In this document: positions 40,691-52,469 of the stretch, one piece after another
Layout: each line of letters begins with the position of its first letter
How positions within the stretch are numbered: position 1 is the first letter of the stretch
Assembly (NCBI GenBank): GCA_965219415.1
Contig: CBDCNP010000002.1
Coordinates: forward strand, 2,080,001 to 2,144,000
Source of the DNA: Candidatus Marinacidobacterales bacterium
GTDB taxonomy: Bacteria > Acidobacteriota > Vicinamibacteria > Marinacidobacterales > DATDRI01
Direction: 5' to 3'
Length of the DNA stretch: 64,000 bases
Program-made: the position numbers and the translations under genes
The notes under the pieces: generated by a model
Told to the model about the DNA's origin: nothing
What the model saw: the letters and a program-made list of their open reading frames with translations, nothing else
Database searches by the model: none

Positions 40691-41842
40691 ATGAAGATCG
40701 CAATCACCTGCTATCCTACTCACGGCGGAAGCGGCGTCATCGCTTCCGAGCTCGCACTGGGTCTCGCCGAACGAGGTCATACGATCCACATCGTCAGTTA
40801 CGCGGTTCCCTTTCGACTCCGCACGTTCCATCCCAACGTGCGCATCCACGAAGTAGAGGTGGCCAGCTATCCCCTCTTCAAATACCCGCCCTACACGCTA
40901 GGGTTGGCCACGAAGCTGGCGGAAGTGGCAACCGAGCAAGAGGTCGATGTCATCCACGCCCACTACGCCGTCCCACACGCGGTGAGCGCCCTTCTCGCCA
41001 AACAGATCTTGGGCGGTGACTCGCCGAAGGTCATCACGACGCTTCACGGCACCGACATTACCCTGGTGGGAGCCGACGAGTCGTTTCATCGAGTGATTCG
41101 CTTCGCCATTGACTCTTCGGATGGAGTGACCGCGGTGTCCGAGTACCTTCAGCGACGAACCGTGGAGCAGTTCGAGCCCGAAAGAGCGGTCGAAGTCATA
41201 TACAACTTCGTCAACACCACGAGATGTCAGCGCACCACCGAAAAGTGTGCCCGCGGACACTGGGCGCCCAACGGTGAGAAGATCTTGATGCACGCTTCAA
41301 ATTTTCGTCCGGTGAAGCGCGTAAGCGATGTGGTCCGAATCTTCGACCGCGTACAAAAACAGATCCCCTCCAAACTCTTGCTGGTGGGCGCAGGACCAGA
41401 ACGGCTATTCGTTCAACAGCTCGTCAAAGAGCTCCATCTGACCGAGCATGTGCACTTCCTTGGAGAGCAGGACTACTTGGAAAGCCTGCTCGGCTGCGCG
41501 GATCTCTTTGTGCTTCCCAGCGAGCAAGAGAGCTTCGGCTTGGTCGCCCTAGAGGCTATGAGCTGTGAGGTTCCGGTCCTGGGAGCGAGCATCGGAGGGT
41601 TGCCCGAGGTGGTCGCTCACGGCGAGACCGGCTTCTTGTTCCCGGTCGGTGAGATCCAGCAAATGGCCGATGCCGCCATAGAGCTTCTCACAGACGAGCA
41701 GGAGCTCGAGCGGTTTCGCCGATGCGCTCGCCAATGGGCAGTGGAGCGCTTCGACTCCGAAATCATCATTCCTCGGTACGAGCAGTTCTACCGAGAGGTG
41801 CTCGAGCGCGAGCCGAAGGCAAGTCAAAGAACCGTTTCTTGA
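40691..41842 (+). CDS. bshA: N-acetyl-alpha-D-glucosaminyl L-malate synthase
   Basis: [57 protein letters not shown]. Confidence 0.92.
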   Translation: MKIAITCYPTHGGSGVIASELALGLAERGHTIHIVSYAVPFRLRTFHPNVRIHEVEVASYPLFKYPPYTLGLATKLAEVATEQEVDVIHAHYAVPHAVSALLAKQILGGDSPKVITTLHGTDITLVGADESFHRVIRFAIDSSDGVTAVSEYLQRRTVEQFEPERAVEVIYNFVNTTRCQRTTEKCARGHWAPNGEKILMHASNFRPVKRVSDVVRIFDRVQKQIPSKLLLVGAGPERLFVQQLVKELHLTEHVHFLGEQDYLESLLGCADLFVLPSEQESFGLVALEAMSCEVPVLGASIGGLPEVVAHGETGFLFPVGEIQQMADAAIELLTDEQELERFRRCARQWAVERFDSEIIIPRYEQFYREVLEREPKASQRTVS

Positions 41843-41874
41843 TCAAGATCCGGTTCACGGCTACGCTCGCCTCT

Positions 41875-42372
41875 ATGCGCTGGCCCTTGTTCCTTCTGAA
41901 CTCGGCGTTCATCGCCTGTGCCCAGCCACCCACCAAAGAAATCGACACGACCACCGAGCGCGTGGCGCGAGCTCGAGAGGCGGAAGCCCACATTTACGCG
42001 GACAGCTTCTTGATCGAAGCGGAGGCCGCGCTGGCCGAGGCCCGCCTAAATCTCGAGGCGAAACGTTACCGCGCCGCGCTGGAAGCAGCGTCATCGGCCA
42101 GCATTCAAGCCGACGAAGCCTATGCACGCGCCGTTCTCCGAAAGCAGAGGATGGAGCGACGGGCGCGACGGCAGCTGCGAGAGATCTTTGCGCTACTCGA
42201 CCAAGCCCGCAGTCGCGGCGCCGGTCCTCAATCGGTGAAACCGCTGGCCGACCGTTTGGGCGAGCTGGAGAGAGCCTTTCGGCGGGGAGGTTCGCCTCAC
42301 GATATCTTCGAGGCGGGTGCCGAGCTCAAGAACAATTCGCTCGAACTATTGGGTCGATCGCGAAGTCAATAA
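41875..42372 (+). CDS. DUF4398-like lipoprotein
   Basis: Lipobox FIAC followed by AQPPTKEI and Ala-rich helices. Confidence 0.6.
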   Translation: MRWPLFLLNSAFIACAQPPTKEIDTTTERVARAREAEAHIYADSFLIEAEAALAEARLNLEAKRYRAALEAASSASIQADEAYARAVLRKQRMERRARRQLREIFALLDQARSRGAGPQSVKPLADRLGELERAFRRGGSPHDIFEAGAELKNNSLELLGRSRSQ

Positions 42373-42397
42373 TGGCATCAAGTGCTCAGTGCGCGCT

Positions 42398-42690
42398 CCC
42401 GCCTTCGCTGGCTCCACGAATCCGATCAAGCCAGCTTCGGCGAGGTCCCGCCGAAGCTTCAGCGTAGGCGGACACTCCTCGTTCGCGCGCTTGACGCCTC
42501 GCTCTTTCATCAAGGCCGCGGGGCCCCCCTTTCTTCGCAATGCGCCCGTCCTTCGGCCGGGCTAGCCCTCCGTTCGACAGACTCGCTGCGGAAGGCGGCA
42601 CGGCTCTCGCTTCGCTAGCGCTGCGCTCGGGCTGACGGCTCCGCTCGGCTAAGGGTCGTCGGCCCGCCGCCTGGCTCGCTCCGGTCAATG
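42398..42690. repeat. Cluster of REP-like GC-rich palindromes between convergent genes
   Basis: CCGCCTTCGCT...AGCGTAGGCGG enclosing AGCTTCGGCG/CGCCGAAGCT, plus repeated GCTCGC/GCTCCG hairpin units. Confidence 0.6.
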
Positions 42691-42701
42691 CAACCACGCA
42701 A

Positions 42702-43565
42702 CTAGTCTCCTATTTCGAAGGTACCCTCCGCCACGACCACTGCCTCTCCGGTAACGTAGACCTCCCGGCGGTTTCGCCAATCGACCTCGAGTTGGCCTCC
42801 CGGACATTCGACGGTGACCCGATCGTCGGTCTTGCCGTTCAACATGGAGGCCACCGCTGCGGCAGCCGATCCAGTCCCAGAAGCCTCGGTCTCGCCCGCG
42901 CCACGTTCCCAGATGCGCATTGCGATTTCGGAACGACTGCGAACCGAAACGAACTCTGCGTTGGTTTTCCGGGGGAAACGGACGTGGCCCTCGATGACAG
43001 GACCCAACTCGAGCACAACGTCGCGATCGAGGCGGTCGACGAAGACGACGCAGTGTGGATTTCCCATCGACACCGCGGTGATCTCGAGAGTGCGTCCGGC
43101 GACCTCCAAAGGGACGCCCACTACCGGCTCTTGCGGTGGATCTATTTGAAACGGAATCTCCTCGCTCGCCAACCGAGGCGCGCCCATCTCAGCTTTGAAT
43201 ATGACTCGCGAACCGGCCGCCTCGATGAACTCCAGCGTGCGCGTGCCGGAACCTGTCTCGACGACGATAGCGCCATCCTTCGCTAGGCCGGAAAGCCTCA
43301 GGTAGGCACCCAAGCAACGTAGACCGTTGCCGGATATCTCCGCATGGCTGCCGTCCTGATTGAGAAGGGTCATGGAAAAGGGCTCGCTTTCCGCCGTTTC
43401 GAAGACGACGAGCCCATCGGCACCGATACCCCGCCGGCGAGAGCACATCGCCCGCGCCACCGCAGGCCACGCGTTAGGTGTCGGCAGCTCCTTCCGATCC
43501 ACGATCAGAAAGTCGTTCCCCAGCGCGTGCGTCTTGGCGAACTTGACGCGCTTAGAAGCGGTCAT
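42702..43565 (-). CDS. dapF: Diaminopimelate epimerase
   Basis: KTHALGNDF, GIGADG, SGNGLRC, VSMGNPH, WERGAGET.ASGTG (catalytic Cys positions read as Ser). Confidence 0.88.
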   Translation of the reverse strand: MTASKRVKFAKTHALGNDFLIVDRKELPTPNAWPAVARAMCSRRRGIGADGLVVFETAESEPFSMTLLNQDGSHAEISGNGLRCLGAYLRLSGLAKDGAIVVETGSGTRTLEFIEAAGSRVIFKAEMGAPRLASEEIPFQIDPPQEPVVGVPLEVAGRTLEITAVSMGNPHCVVFVDRLDRDVVLELGPVIEGHVRFPRKTNAEFVSVRSRSEIAMRIWERGAGETEASGTGSAAAAVASMLNGKTDDRVTVECPGGQLEVDWRNRREVYVTGEAVVVAEGTFEIGD

Positions 43566-44161
43566 TTCGCTTCTTCCTCAGATCCCTCGGGGACGGATGC
43601 CTCGAGCAACGCGTCCGCAGAGCCAGAACTCGCGCGCCGCCTCACGTAAACGAGAGCCGCGCCATCGTATAGCGCATGCGCCAAAGCGGGGACAAACAGA
43701 TTTCCGCTTGCCTGGTACAAGGCGCCCAGGAGAAGCCCCATGCCGGTGGCCCAGACTGCCAACGGCCACAGTTCTCGACTCGGGCCGTGAAGCAGCCCGA
43801 AGACCGCGCTCGCAATCCAAATGCCGAACTCGTCCTGCAGTACGCCTCTGAACAGTAGCTCCTCTCCCAACCCCGCCAGCGCGGCGACGATGAGAAGATC
43901 GAAAACGGAGGCTCGACGGAAGAGAGGGAAGACTTCCGATTCCAGGAAAGCGTGGACCGCGGCAGGATGTCCGGTCCGCCTCCCGACAAAGTAAAGGAAG
44001 AAGTTCGCGGCCAGAAAACCGGCGGTCGCGAGAAGTGCCGCCCCAAGGGAGTCGACGTCGACCCAAAAGGGAATTTGAACGCCGCGCAACCAGGCCCACG
44101 CCATCGCCAAGATCGCGAGACTCCCTTCTCCGAGCATCAACCAACGAAGGGGCGCCTTCAT
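43562..44161 (-). CDS. CPBP family intramembrane metalloprotease
   Basis: EELLFRG, FGLLH, AHALYD. Confidence 0.9.
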   Translation of the reverse strand: MKAPLRWLMLGEGSLAILAMAWAWLRGVQIPFWVDVDSLGAALLATAGFLAANFFLYFVGRRTGHPAAVHAFLESEVFPLFRRASVFDLLIVAALAGLGEELLFRGVLQDEFGIWIASAVFGLLHGPSRELWPLAVWATGMGLLLGALYQASGNLFVPALAHALYDGAALVYVRRRASSGSADALLEASVPEGSEEEAK

Positions 44162-45198
44162 TTCTTTGTTTCGGAATCTTGGATTTCCGGGGCAATCGGA
44201 AAGTTGCCGAACCCGTAGATCTCGGGGCTATCCATTCCCGAGATCATGTGTCGCCAGGTGTTGGCCCCGTCCGAGGTCTTGAAGACCCCGCGCTTCGTGC
44301 CGACGATGACGTCGCTACCGCCGAGAGCATCCGGGGCCGGAATGGAAAATGTGAGGACGTTCTCTTTCTCGAGCTCTTCGGAAGCCGACTCCCAATTTTC
44401 GCCCACATCGTGCGAGACGAAGAGTCCTTCGTCGGTCCCGGCGAAGAGTGAGCTCCCCCACCAATAAATGGCGGGCACACGCCGTTGAGCCCAATCCGAT
44501 CCCCCGACCGCCTCGAAGTGTTCGCCTGCATCGCGACTCCGATACACCCCTCCGCCCTCCAAACCGACGAAGACGACTGGTTCCAAACCAAAGTATCGCG
44601 ACAGCGTGACGGAAAGAACGGGAACCGATGGAAGGCCCTCTCCTAGGCGTTCCCAGTTGTCTCCACCGTCGTCCGTCTTAAAGAAACCCTGAGAGGCGGC
44701 GACGAACAGCGAGGGTCCCGGCCAATTCATTGCATACACCGATCCCCCGATGAGGTCTTGGGCGATGTGCTCCCATTTCTCTTCTCCCACCTCCCGTGAT
44801 CGGTACAAACCGTTTCGGGTACCGACAAAAATCACTGGCTCGGCTGGGTAGTAAAGAGACGTGAGAATCGAGACGACTTCACCGCCTTCCCAATTTTCCA
44901 CCTTCCGCCACGATTCCCCAAAATCGTCCGATGTAAAGAGGCCTTCGGGTCCGCCCGCGAATGCCATCGGCCCGAGGCAATGCCAGACGCGGATACTCAG
45001 AGGAAGGCGGTGGCGGAGTGTTTGCCAGTACTCACCCCAACTGTGGGAAACGTAGGGGCCTCGAGAGGTCGACACGAACAAGCGCGCGAGGGATTGCGCG
45101 CCGATTTGCTGAAACGACAGGAAACAGGACAAAACCAACAGGACTAGCGTCCTCGGGCGTATCGTGTTGGTCATTCTTGTGCTCTTCGGCCAATTCAA
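44158..45198 (-). CDS. Secreted beta-propeller (BNR/Asp-box, YCF48-like) protein
   Basis: Repeated S.D.GxxW Asp-boxes; signal peptide. Confidence 0.8.
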   Translation of the reverse strand: MNWPKSTRMTNTIRPRTLVLLVLSCFLSFQQIGAQSLARLFVSTSRGPYVSHSWGEYWQTLRHRLPLSIRVWHCLGPMAFAGGPEGLFTSDDFGESWRKVENWEGGEVVSILTSLYYPAEPVIFVGTRNGLYRSREVGEEKWEHIAQDLIGGSVYAMNWPGPSLFVAASQGFFKTDDGGDNWERLGEGLPSVPVLSVTLSRYFGLEPVVFVGLEGGGVYRSRDAGEHFEAVGGSDWAQRRVPAIYWWGSSLFAGTDEGLFVSHDVGENWESASEELEKENVLTFSIPAPDALGGSDVIVGTKRGVFKTSDGANTWRHMISGMDSPEIYGFGNFPIAPEIQDSETKK

Positions 45199-45653
45199 CT
45201 CACGAGCCCCCGTCGGCTATCCAAGATGAGGGTCACCGGGCCGTCATTGACGAGTGAGACTGCCATCATCGCACCAAACCTGCCGGTCGCAACCGAAAGC
45301 CCTTCGTCCCGGCGGAGCAACTCGACGAACTGCTGGTAGAGACCTTCCGCCTTGTCTGGGGGGGCGGCCTTGTCGAAGCTCGGACGACGTCCTTTGCGAC
45401 AATCGCCGAGCAACGTGAACTGAGAAACCACCAAAGCAGATCCCACAGCCTCCTTGATGGAAAGGTTCATTTTACCGTGCGCGTCCGGAAAGATTCTGAG
45501 CGACCCGATCTTCTCGGCCAGCCACTTGGCGTCCGCTTCGTGGTCTTCACCGGCTACCCCGAGAAGGATCAACAGCCCCTTGCCGATCTCCCCAACCGTC
45601 TGCTCGTCGACTAGAACCTGCGCCGACGTGACCCGCTGCAGGACGGCTTTCAT
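45195..45653 (-). CDS. dtd: D-aminoacyl-tRNA deacylase
   Basis: [26 protein letters not shown]. Confidence 0.95.
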   Translation of the reverse strand: MKAVLQRVTSAQVLVDEQTVGEIGKGLLILLGVAGEDHEADAKWLAEKIGSLRIFPDAHGKMNLSIKEAVGSALVVSQFTLLGDCRKGRRPSFDKAAPPDKAEGLYQQFVELLRRDEGLSVATGRFGAMMAVSLVNDGPVTLILDSRRGLVS

Positions 45654-45674
45654 ATTTCTTTACTCATGTCGGCG

Positions 45675-47439
45675 TCACCCGTCAGGAGGTCGTCGCTCTC
45701 GAACGCCGAACGCCCTCAGGACGTCGAGCAAGCTCACCACGCCTTCGAGGGTGTGAATGTTGGCGCGGGATACCGGAAGCAGATCAAAACCGGTGGAGCC
45801 CATGCGCTCCAAGGCCAAGTCGAGGGAGTGGTCGGGATGCACGTGAGGAAAGCGCCTCCACTCGACGAGAGTCTCGATTTTCTTTTCACCCTCGCCTTCC
45901 TTGGCTGCGCCATCCAATTGAACGAGCGACACGACGCCCCAAACACCCTTCTCGTCAGCCACCGGCCATGCAGAAAGACTGCTCCGACTCCCCTTCTCGA
46001 GCGCCTCGTCCACCGTCATTTGAGGCGAGAGCAGCTCGACCGGCGCATGCATTGCCAGCCTCACCGCTAGATGTCGCTTCCCGGTCTCCGTCGCCGGCAG
46101 GTGAATGCCTTCCTGTAGCGCAAGGGCTTCGTAAATCGGTTGACGTTGCAATTTGTACGAAACAAAAAAACTAATGAGATTCGAGATCATCAGAGGAACG
46201 ATGATGGCGTAGTCGTGGGTGACTTCGAAGATCATGATCACCGAGGTCATCGGCACTCGCAAGATTCCGGCAAAAGCGGTTCCCATGCCGACCAATGCAT
46301 AAGCACCAGGAGTGGCGGTGTACTCTGGAAAGAGAAAATTCGCCACACTCCCTACGATCCCGCCAACCATCGCCCCGATGAAAAGGCTGGGACCGAAAAT
46401 GCCACCGGCGTTACCCGAAGCGTAAGACGTCACGACCGCTATCAGCTTCAACACCACGAGTATCGCCATCATCTGGATGGGCCATCTTTCCATTAAGGGC
46501 ATCGCCCACCGAGGCGTAACCCACCCCGAGAACCGCCGGCACGAAGAAGCCCAGCCCGCCGACCACCAGCCCACCCACCGCGGGCTGGACCCAGCGCGTC
46601 TTGCGAGGCATGTTTAAAAACCGCTCACACATTCGGAGAAGAGTCTTGACGAACAGGACCGACACCAGACCACCGATCAAACCGAGGAGCGCGTAGATCG
46701 CAAACTCTATGGGGTGAACGACTTGGTACTCGGGAACGTGAAAGAGGGGCTCATCGCCCAAACTCAACCGAAGGACCAGCCAGGAAGCCGCAGAGCCCAA
46801 GACCACGAAGCCCAACCCCCGAGCATGAAGGTTACCGACCACTTCCTCCATGGCGAACAAGACGGCGGCGATGGGTGTATTGAAGGCCGCGGCAAGTGCC
46901 GCCGAAGACCCCACTGGCAGCAACGACTGAATCTTTTCACGGGACAGCCCGAGCGTTCGTCCCAAAACGGACGCCACGCCCGCACCCATCTGAACCGACG
47001 GGCCTTCACGGCCTAGAGCGATCCCGCTGGCGAGAGAAGCGGATGAACAAAAAAACTTCCCGAAGACGGTCCGGAAGCTTATGAACCCGCCCTGGGCGAA
47101 AAGGGCAGCCTTGGTTTGGGGAACGCCGCTACCGCGCGCCTCAGGGAAAAACCGATAGAGCAGAATGCCGGTACCGAGAGCACCGACGATAGGGACAAGA
47201 ACGCGCCTCCAGGACTCTCCGTCCGGGGGATAAAGCGCCTCGCCCAACCCCTCGGTAACTTTGATGAAGGCCACCACCACCAACCCCACCAACGCACCGA
47301 TGAAGAGCGTGAGTACGAGGAAGACCTGATCTTCATTCCTCTCGGTGAGCTCTCGGACGCGCTCCTGTAGGCGGTGTCTCCAGCTTGCGGGGATCGGTTC
47401 GGTCGGCGCAGTGCTCATCGTCTGGGAAAAGCCAGACAT
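45675..47439 (-). CDS. ClC family chloride/proton transporter with CBS domains (frameshift near 46490)
   Basis: GSGVP, GREGP, AFNTP, GGIFGPSL, IYE. Confidence 0.9.
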
Positions 47440-47497
47440 TATACACCTTTGGAGCGCCCGCGAGCGGAACCAACGGAGAGAAAGTGGTGGACGAAAC

Positions 47498-49692
47498 CTA
47501 TCGAGTAGGCTTCACAGTACGAAGGGCTTTTAGGACCTGCTCGGGTGTCTGGAATCGCTCGTTGGGATCCTTTTTTCAAGCAGCGCATGACGATCGACTC
47601 GAGAGCGGGCGGTACATCCGGACGAAGGGTCTTCAAGCGACGCGGCTTCGTGTGCACGTGGTGATAGAGGATCTCACCTTCGACGAAAGGCGGCTCGCCG
47701 GCCAAGAGGTGGAAGACCGAGCCGCCAAAGGCATAAAGGTCGGTGCGATAGTCGACGGGTTTTCCAAGAATTTGTTCGGGCGCCATGTAGAGAGGTGTCC
47801 CGCTGGCCCGTTGGCTGCCCTCGTTCTTGGACTCTTGCAAGATCTTTGCGAGGCCGAAGTCGGCGATCTTGACGACGCGTTTTCGCGTCAGCATCACGTT
47901 GCTAGGCTTGATGTCGCGGTGAATCACACCGTTCCCGTGCGCATGGGTGAGTGCCCTCAGGACTCCAATCATGAAATGCAAGACGGCATTGATGGGTAAC
48001 TCGTCCTCGCGCTCCAAGATCCTGTAGTAAGACACTCCCTCCACGTACTCCATGATGATGTAGAGGCGACCGCGATCGATGCCGAGGTCGTGTATGGCTA
48101 CGATGTTCGGATGAGATAGCTTGGCAGCGGAACGCGCCTCGCGCAGGAATCGTTCACGGATCTCCTCGACCTCCATGAACTGTTCCATCAACATCTTGTA
48201 GGCCACCACCCGGTCTAGGAGGCGATCGTCCGCACGATAGACGATACCCATTCCGCCCGCACCCAGTTTCTCGACGAATTCGTAGCGATCCCCTCCACCT
48301 ATCTCTGTTTGCAGAACCGTATCCAAGGACTCGGGGGCCGCCTTTCGATCGGGTGACACTTTCTTTTCCAACTCTTGAAGTTTTCCAACCGCGTCCCGAT
48401 AGTCGTAGTCCTCGGCGACGATGCTACGAAGGATTTCGCACGCCTCGTCGATGTCGCCCATCTCCTGGGAGGCCTCGGCCAGTGCGTAGTAAACGTCCAT
48501 GTTCCCGGAATAGAGTGGTTGGTCACCGAGCGCCTTCCGAAGCTTTTGGACCGCCACGCCCGGCAGGCCGCGCTCCATTAAATGCTCCGCAAGCTCCACC
48601 AAGGACGCCGGATATTCCGAACTGTCGGGCCTCACCTTCTGCAGGTGCGCGATGGCCTGATCGACCATCCCCGCCTTCTTCGCGGCGACGGCAGCCCGAT
48701 AGTAGTCGCCAGCCTCTCCGAACATTCGCGCCGCTTGGCCCATGTCCCCGGCCTTTTCGTAAAGGGCCGCGGTTTGTTCATAGTCTTGACAGCGGCCGAA
48801 CATCTCGGCGGCCCGCGCCACCTCGCCGATCCGCTGGTAGGCGTCGGCGGCCTGCCGGTGCGCACCCGAGTGTTCGTAGCATCTAGCCGCGTCCAGATAG
48901 TTGCCGGCTTCTTCATACACTTCGGCGGCCCGCAACGGATCTCCACCCAGCAAAAATTCCACCGCCGCTTCGTTCTTCTGATCCCGCTTGTAGAGGGACT
49001 CGCCTCGCATTTGGGCGGCGCGCACGCGATCACCGGCCTGGGCGTAGACGTCGGCGGCTCGGTCTACGGCACCGGCGCGTTGATAAAGATCGGCCGCCTT
49101 GACGTAGCGACCGAGCTTCGCATAAAAGAGCCCCCGATTGTTCCCAATGCTCTCCCCGCTCCAGAATCTCGGCCGCTTGTTCGAGGAGACCCGCTCTCTC
49201 GAAGGCGAGCCCGGCGAGGCGGCAATAACGAACGAACTCGGCGTGGTCGGTTGGAGAGCGTGTCCCGGCCAAACTACCGAAACGATCTTCGAGATGGTTC
49301 CGGTAGTTCTCGGCAGCTCTCTTGTTGTCGCCGGCCTGGGAGCAGACCTCCGCCGCTTTTTCGAAGTGGCCGACCCGCTCGAAAGCGGAGGCCGCCTCGG
49401 TCAAGGCGCCGGCCTTGAGCAACAGCCGCGCCGACTCATAGTTTTGCCCTTGGCTTTGAAAAATCTCTGCCGCGTCGCGGAATCGTCCCTGCTCTTCCAG
49501 CGTCTTGGCGGTCTGCTGCCAATCACCCCCTTGGATGGCAGGATCGGTAAGGGCAGAGGTCCCTTTGCCCCGGCGGAGACGGCTGAATATCTTTTTCTTC
49601 CAGCCCGGACCGTCCTGAGACGCGGCCAGCAGACCACAAGCGGATGCCGCCAGTAGGCCGAGGACGCTCAGGCCTGGCTCAATCACGGGCAT
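47498..49692 (-). CDS. Ser/Thr kinase with N-terminal TM and long TPR-like repeat region (frameshifts; 3' end approximate)
   Basis: AAE.YE.AG repeats; LGAGGMG.VY, HRDIKPSN, DFGLAK, YMAPEQ. Confidence 0.85.
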
Positions 49693-49888
49693 CGATATCC
49701 TTACGCACGGCCCCGCCGCGCAGAATCGTTCCCGGAGGATGTCAATTTGGAAATGGGAGGCACTCCCCACCATTATACCGGACAGGTAAACCGATCCCTA
49801 CCAGCGTTGAGCACGAGTCTCGGCCGTTAGAAAAAAGTCCTTGATGGTCAATGAATTGGCGAGGGAGAGGCTTTCTTTCTAATGGCCA

Positions 49889-49918
49889 TTGACACTCACC
49901 GGTCGCCGCTGCTAGAGT
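49889..49918 (+). promoter_or_regulatory. Putative sigma-70 promoter of the Rhs gene
   Basis: TTGACA-N18-TAGAGT with TG one base before the -10 box. Confidence 0.45.
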
Positions 49919-50023
49919 CCCCTCACCCAGCCCGCTGGCTCGACCTCAACTGAGTCTCCCCTTTGAAGCCAGAGCCCAAGAAGTGTGCGAACCTAACAGG
50001 GTGCGCGTTCGGGGGAATAGAGC

Positions 50024-50880
50024 ATGGGCAGGAAGGTTTCGCTCTCCGCCTTTCTGGCGCTCGGGCTCGCGTTTGCCGGTTCATCGTGGGCCGATGAAGT
50101 CTTCGACGCCTCGGGCTTCGTTCAAAATCGCGACTTCTTCAGCCAGCTTCCGTACGAGCATATCGATCCCCTGAGCGGGAATCTTGTACTGACGTTCACC
50201 GATTTGGTATTGCCCGGCAACGCGGGCTTCGACCTCCGCATCCAACGGACTTATAACAGCAAGATTTACCGAAGCTTTTCCACGTCCGGGGATTTGCTCG
50301 ACGAGGATTCCCCTGCCGGGGTCGGCTGGACGATGCACCTCGGCCGCGTGCTCAATCCTGAAGCTCTCGGTGCCCCGCCCGTCATTGAAATGCCCGATGG
50401 CCGGCGCCAACGAGGCCACACCCATGTGGACGGAAGCGGCCAGTTCATAACCAAAGAATACTGGGTGTATGACGCTAACAGCATGCCTCCCGTCCTGAAG
50501 CTCCCCAACGGACTGACCTACTCGTTCGGACACTTAGTCACACTTCCTGGGCTCGGCAAAGTCCGGTATTGTCACCGAAATCTCCGATCCCTTCGGCAAC
50601 CGAATCGATGTCGAATACCATAGGTGAAGGTGACGACACGCTTTACGCTCCCGCTCAGCCATTGGGTGACGCGGGAGAGCCCCTCCGCTGGAGCGTTCGA
50701 GCTCGTTCCGGATAACGCCACCCGCCGCAGCGTCCGAACTCTTCAGTACCTCTCTGGCGGAACCACCCATACTTGGACTTACTCGCATACTACCGCCACG
50801 TTTGCCGGCGTTCAGCACGGCCTCCTTACCGAGGTAAAGCCCCCGGTCGGCCCTTCCTGGAAGTATCGATACAACTTCCG
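50024..50880 (+). pseudogene. N-terminal fragment of a secreted RHS/YD-repeat protein (DUF6531-like)
   Basis: Signal peptide; IDPLSGNLVLTFTDLVLPG..GFDLRIQRTYNS, GVGW, DPFGNRI; similarity ends abruptly near 50880. Confidence 0.75.
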
Positions 50881-51020
50881 GAACTACAGTTGAGCTTGTT
50901 TCGAAGAACGGCGACCGTCGCTGGACGGTCGAAATAGATGAACTCAGTAAAGAGCCAATCACCAAGTAGTCACCACATCACGTACAATTGCTAGGAGTCC
51001 TGCGTTAGGTCCCCAAGGCT

Positions 51021-51668
51021 GTGTCTGACATTCAGATCGACGCGCCCAGCCATTTTGGCTCCGCCGAGCGTGTGATCATCAACCTCTTCGGAATCCTAGG
51101 ACTGCCGATGGGGTTCAGCCTGCTATTCACACCCCTCGTGTTGCTTGCGCTCCCCGCAAGCGATCGGACTCCGGCAGTGTTCTTGTCCCTAGCATCTGTA
51201 TTTGTCATCGGTGGACTGTTACCTCTATTTTTCTTTCCCGTCCTAATCGGCAACCCCTACGTGGCCCGCATCGTCTCGAAGTATCCGGCGGCGCCTCGCG
51301 CTCGAGAGGGGGCTTTTCTCGTGCAGGCCATTATGAACCCTAGACTGGTCACCGGCTGGGATGCCGTCGTCGAGGACGCGGATGATTTTGGGTGGCTGGA
51401 GTCGGATGCCGGAGAATTCCGGTTCATAGGAGATCACGTCAAGCTCGCTGTTTCTTATGAGAACGTCGCGAACGTACGATTCCAGAATATCGGATGGCGG
51501 GGGCTCTGGCTGATTGGAAATCGGATTCGTTTCGACTTTACGACGCCTGTACATCAGTTCGACGGCGTAGAGCTTGCTGCCCGCGAGGGAATTAATCTCA
51601 TCACGGCTAAGATTGCGTCTAGAAAACTCACTCACCACGTGAAGGAACTACCAATTCATTTCGATTAA
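51021..51668 (+). CDS. Hypothetical membrane protein (candidate immunity)
   Basis: Two TM segments plus soluble domain; lies in the lower-GC island after the Rhs fragment. Confidence 0.6.
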   Translation: MSDIQIDAPSHFGSAERVIINLFGILGLPMGFSLLFTPLVLLALPASDRTPAVFLSLASVFVIGGLLPLFFFPVLIGNPYVARIVSKYPAAPRAREGAFLVQAIMNPRLVTGWDAVVEDADDFGWLESDAGEFRFIGDHVKLAVSYENVANVRFQNIGWRGLWLIGNRIRFDFTTPVHQFDGVELAAREGINLITAKIASRKLTHHVKELPIHFD

Positions 51669-51785
51669 CGGCGCTGAGGAGTCGGGGCGTCGCAGCCTTC
51701 GAGGGCAGGCTTGTCGTGCTCCTTCCTCTGGACCAGCTATGGATCCTAAGAACGGCCACTTGAAAGACGACCAGGAGTTTCTACG

Positions 51786-52146
51786 ATGACCTCCGAGGCC
51801 GACATTGAGGCGAGTTTCGAGGGGCATGCGGCACGGAATGAGGAACTCTTGAAGCTATTGCGCGAGAAGGGCGTCAGTGTCAATAAATCCCGTTCTGTTG
51901 AACATCACTGCTGGGCTAGTGACCAGGAGAATGCGGCACTCCTGGCCAAGAGTCTCTACGCGCGGGGATATTTGGTTCTGGCCATTTGCCCCCCTGAGGA
52001 CGAGAACGGCTCCAAAGCTGTGGAATGTCGAGGCACGTATTGAGCGTACACCTGCAGAAGCAGCGAGTCCCGCTTTGACTGAGGAACTGGTGCGATTAGC
52101 CGCTGAGTACGATTCTTCCTACGACGGTTGGGGGACGCTGATTTAG
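51786..52146 (+). CDS. RraB/DUF695-like protein (frameshift near 52020)
   Basis: RSVEHH.W, C-terminal YDGWG motif. Confidence 0.65.
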
Positions 52147-52469
52147 TTACCGAGGGTTGGCTACATGGGGGCAGACGTGACCGGCATTCAAAAGAAGCTG
52201 TGCAGCGAGCACGGGGTTCCCTGGAGGGACTCTCCATCCAACCTGAAGGTCGGCATTGCTGACAACGTGAGAACGGGGCTCTTGCCCATCAATGGCCTTC
52301 GTCACCCTCCAGAAGGTGACACGACAGGGTGGTATATCTGGGCTGGGGAGGAACTATCGACCACTCCCGATTTCTTCAAGGCTTTGCACGTAGAACACCT
52401 GGCGGAGTGGTGCCCGCGTGTCATGAAGTTCTTGGAACTACCGCCGAGCTGAAGGTTCTTGGTAGGAGG

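Noticed and set aside
50980-52160. Integron cassette array (GTTAGGT before the 51021 gene)
   Set aside because: No matching RYYYAAC box or attC hairpin after the genes and no integrase
52450-52452. TGA recoding (Trp or Sec)
   Set aside because: TGA is used as a normal stop elsewhere in the window and the gene is IS-disrupted anyway
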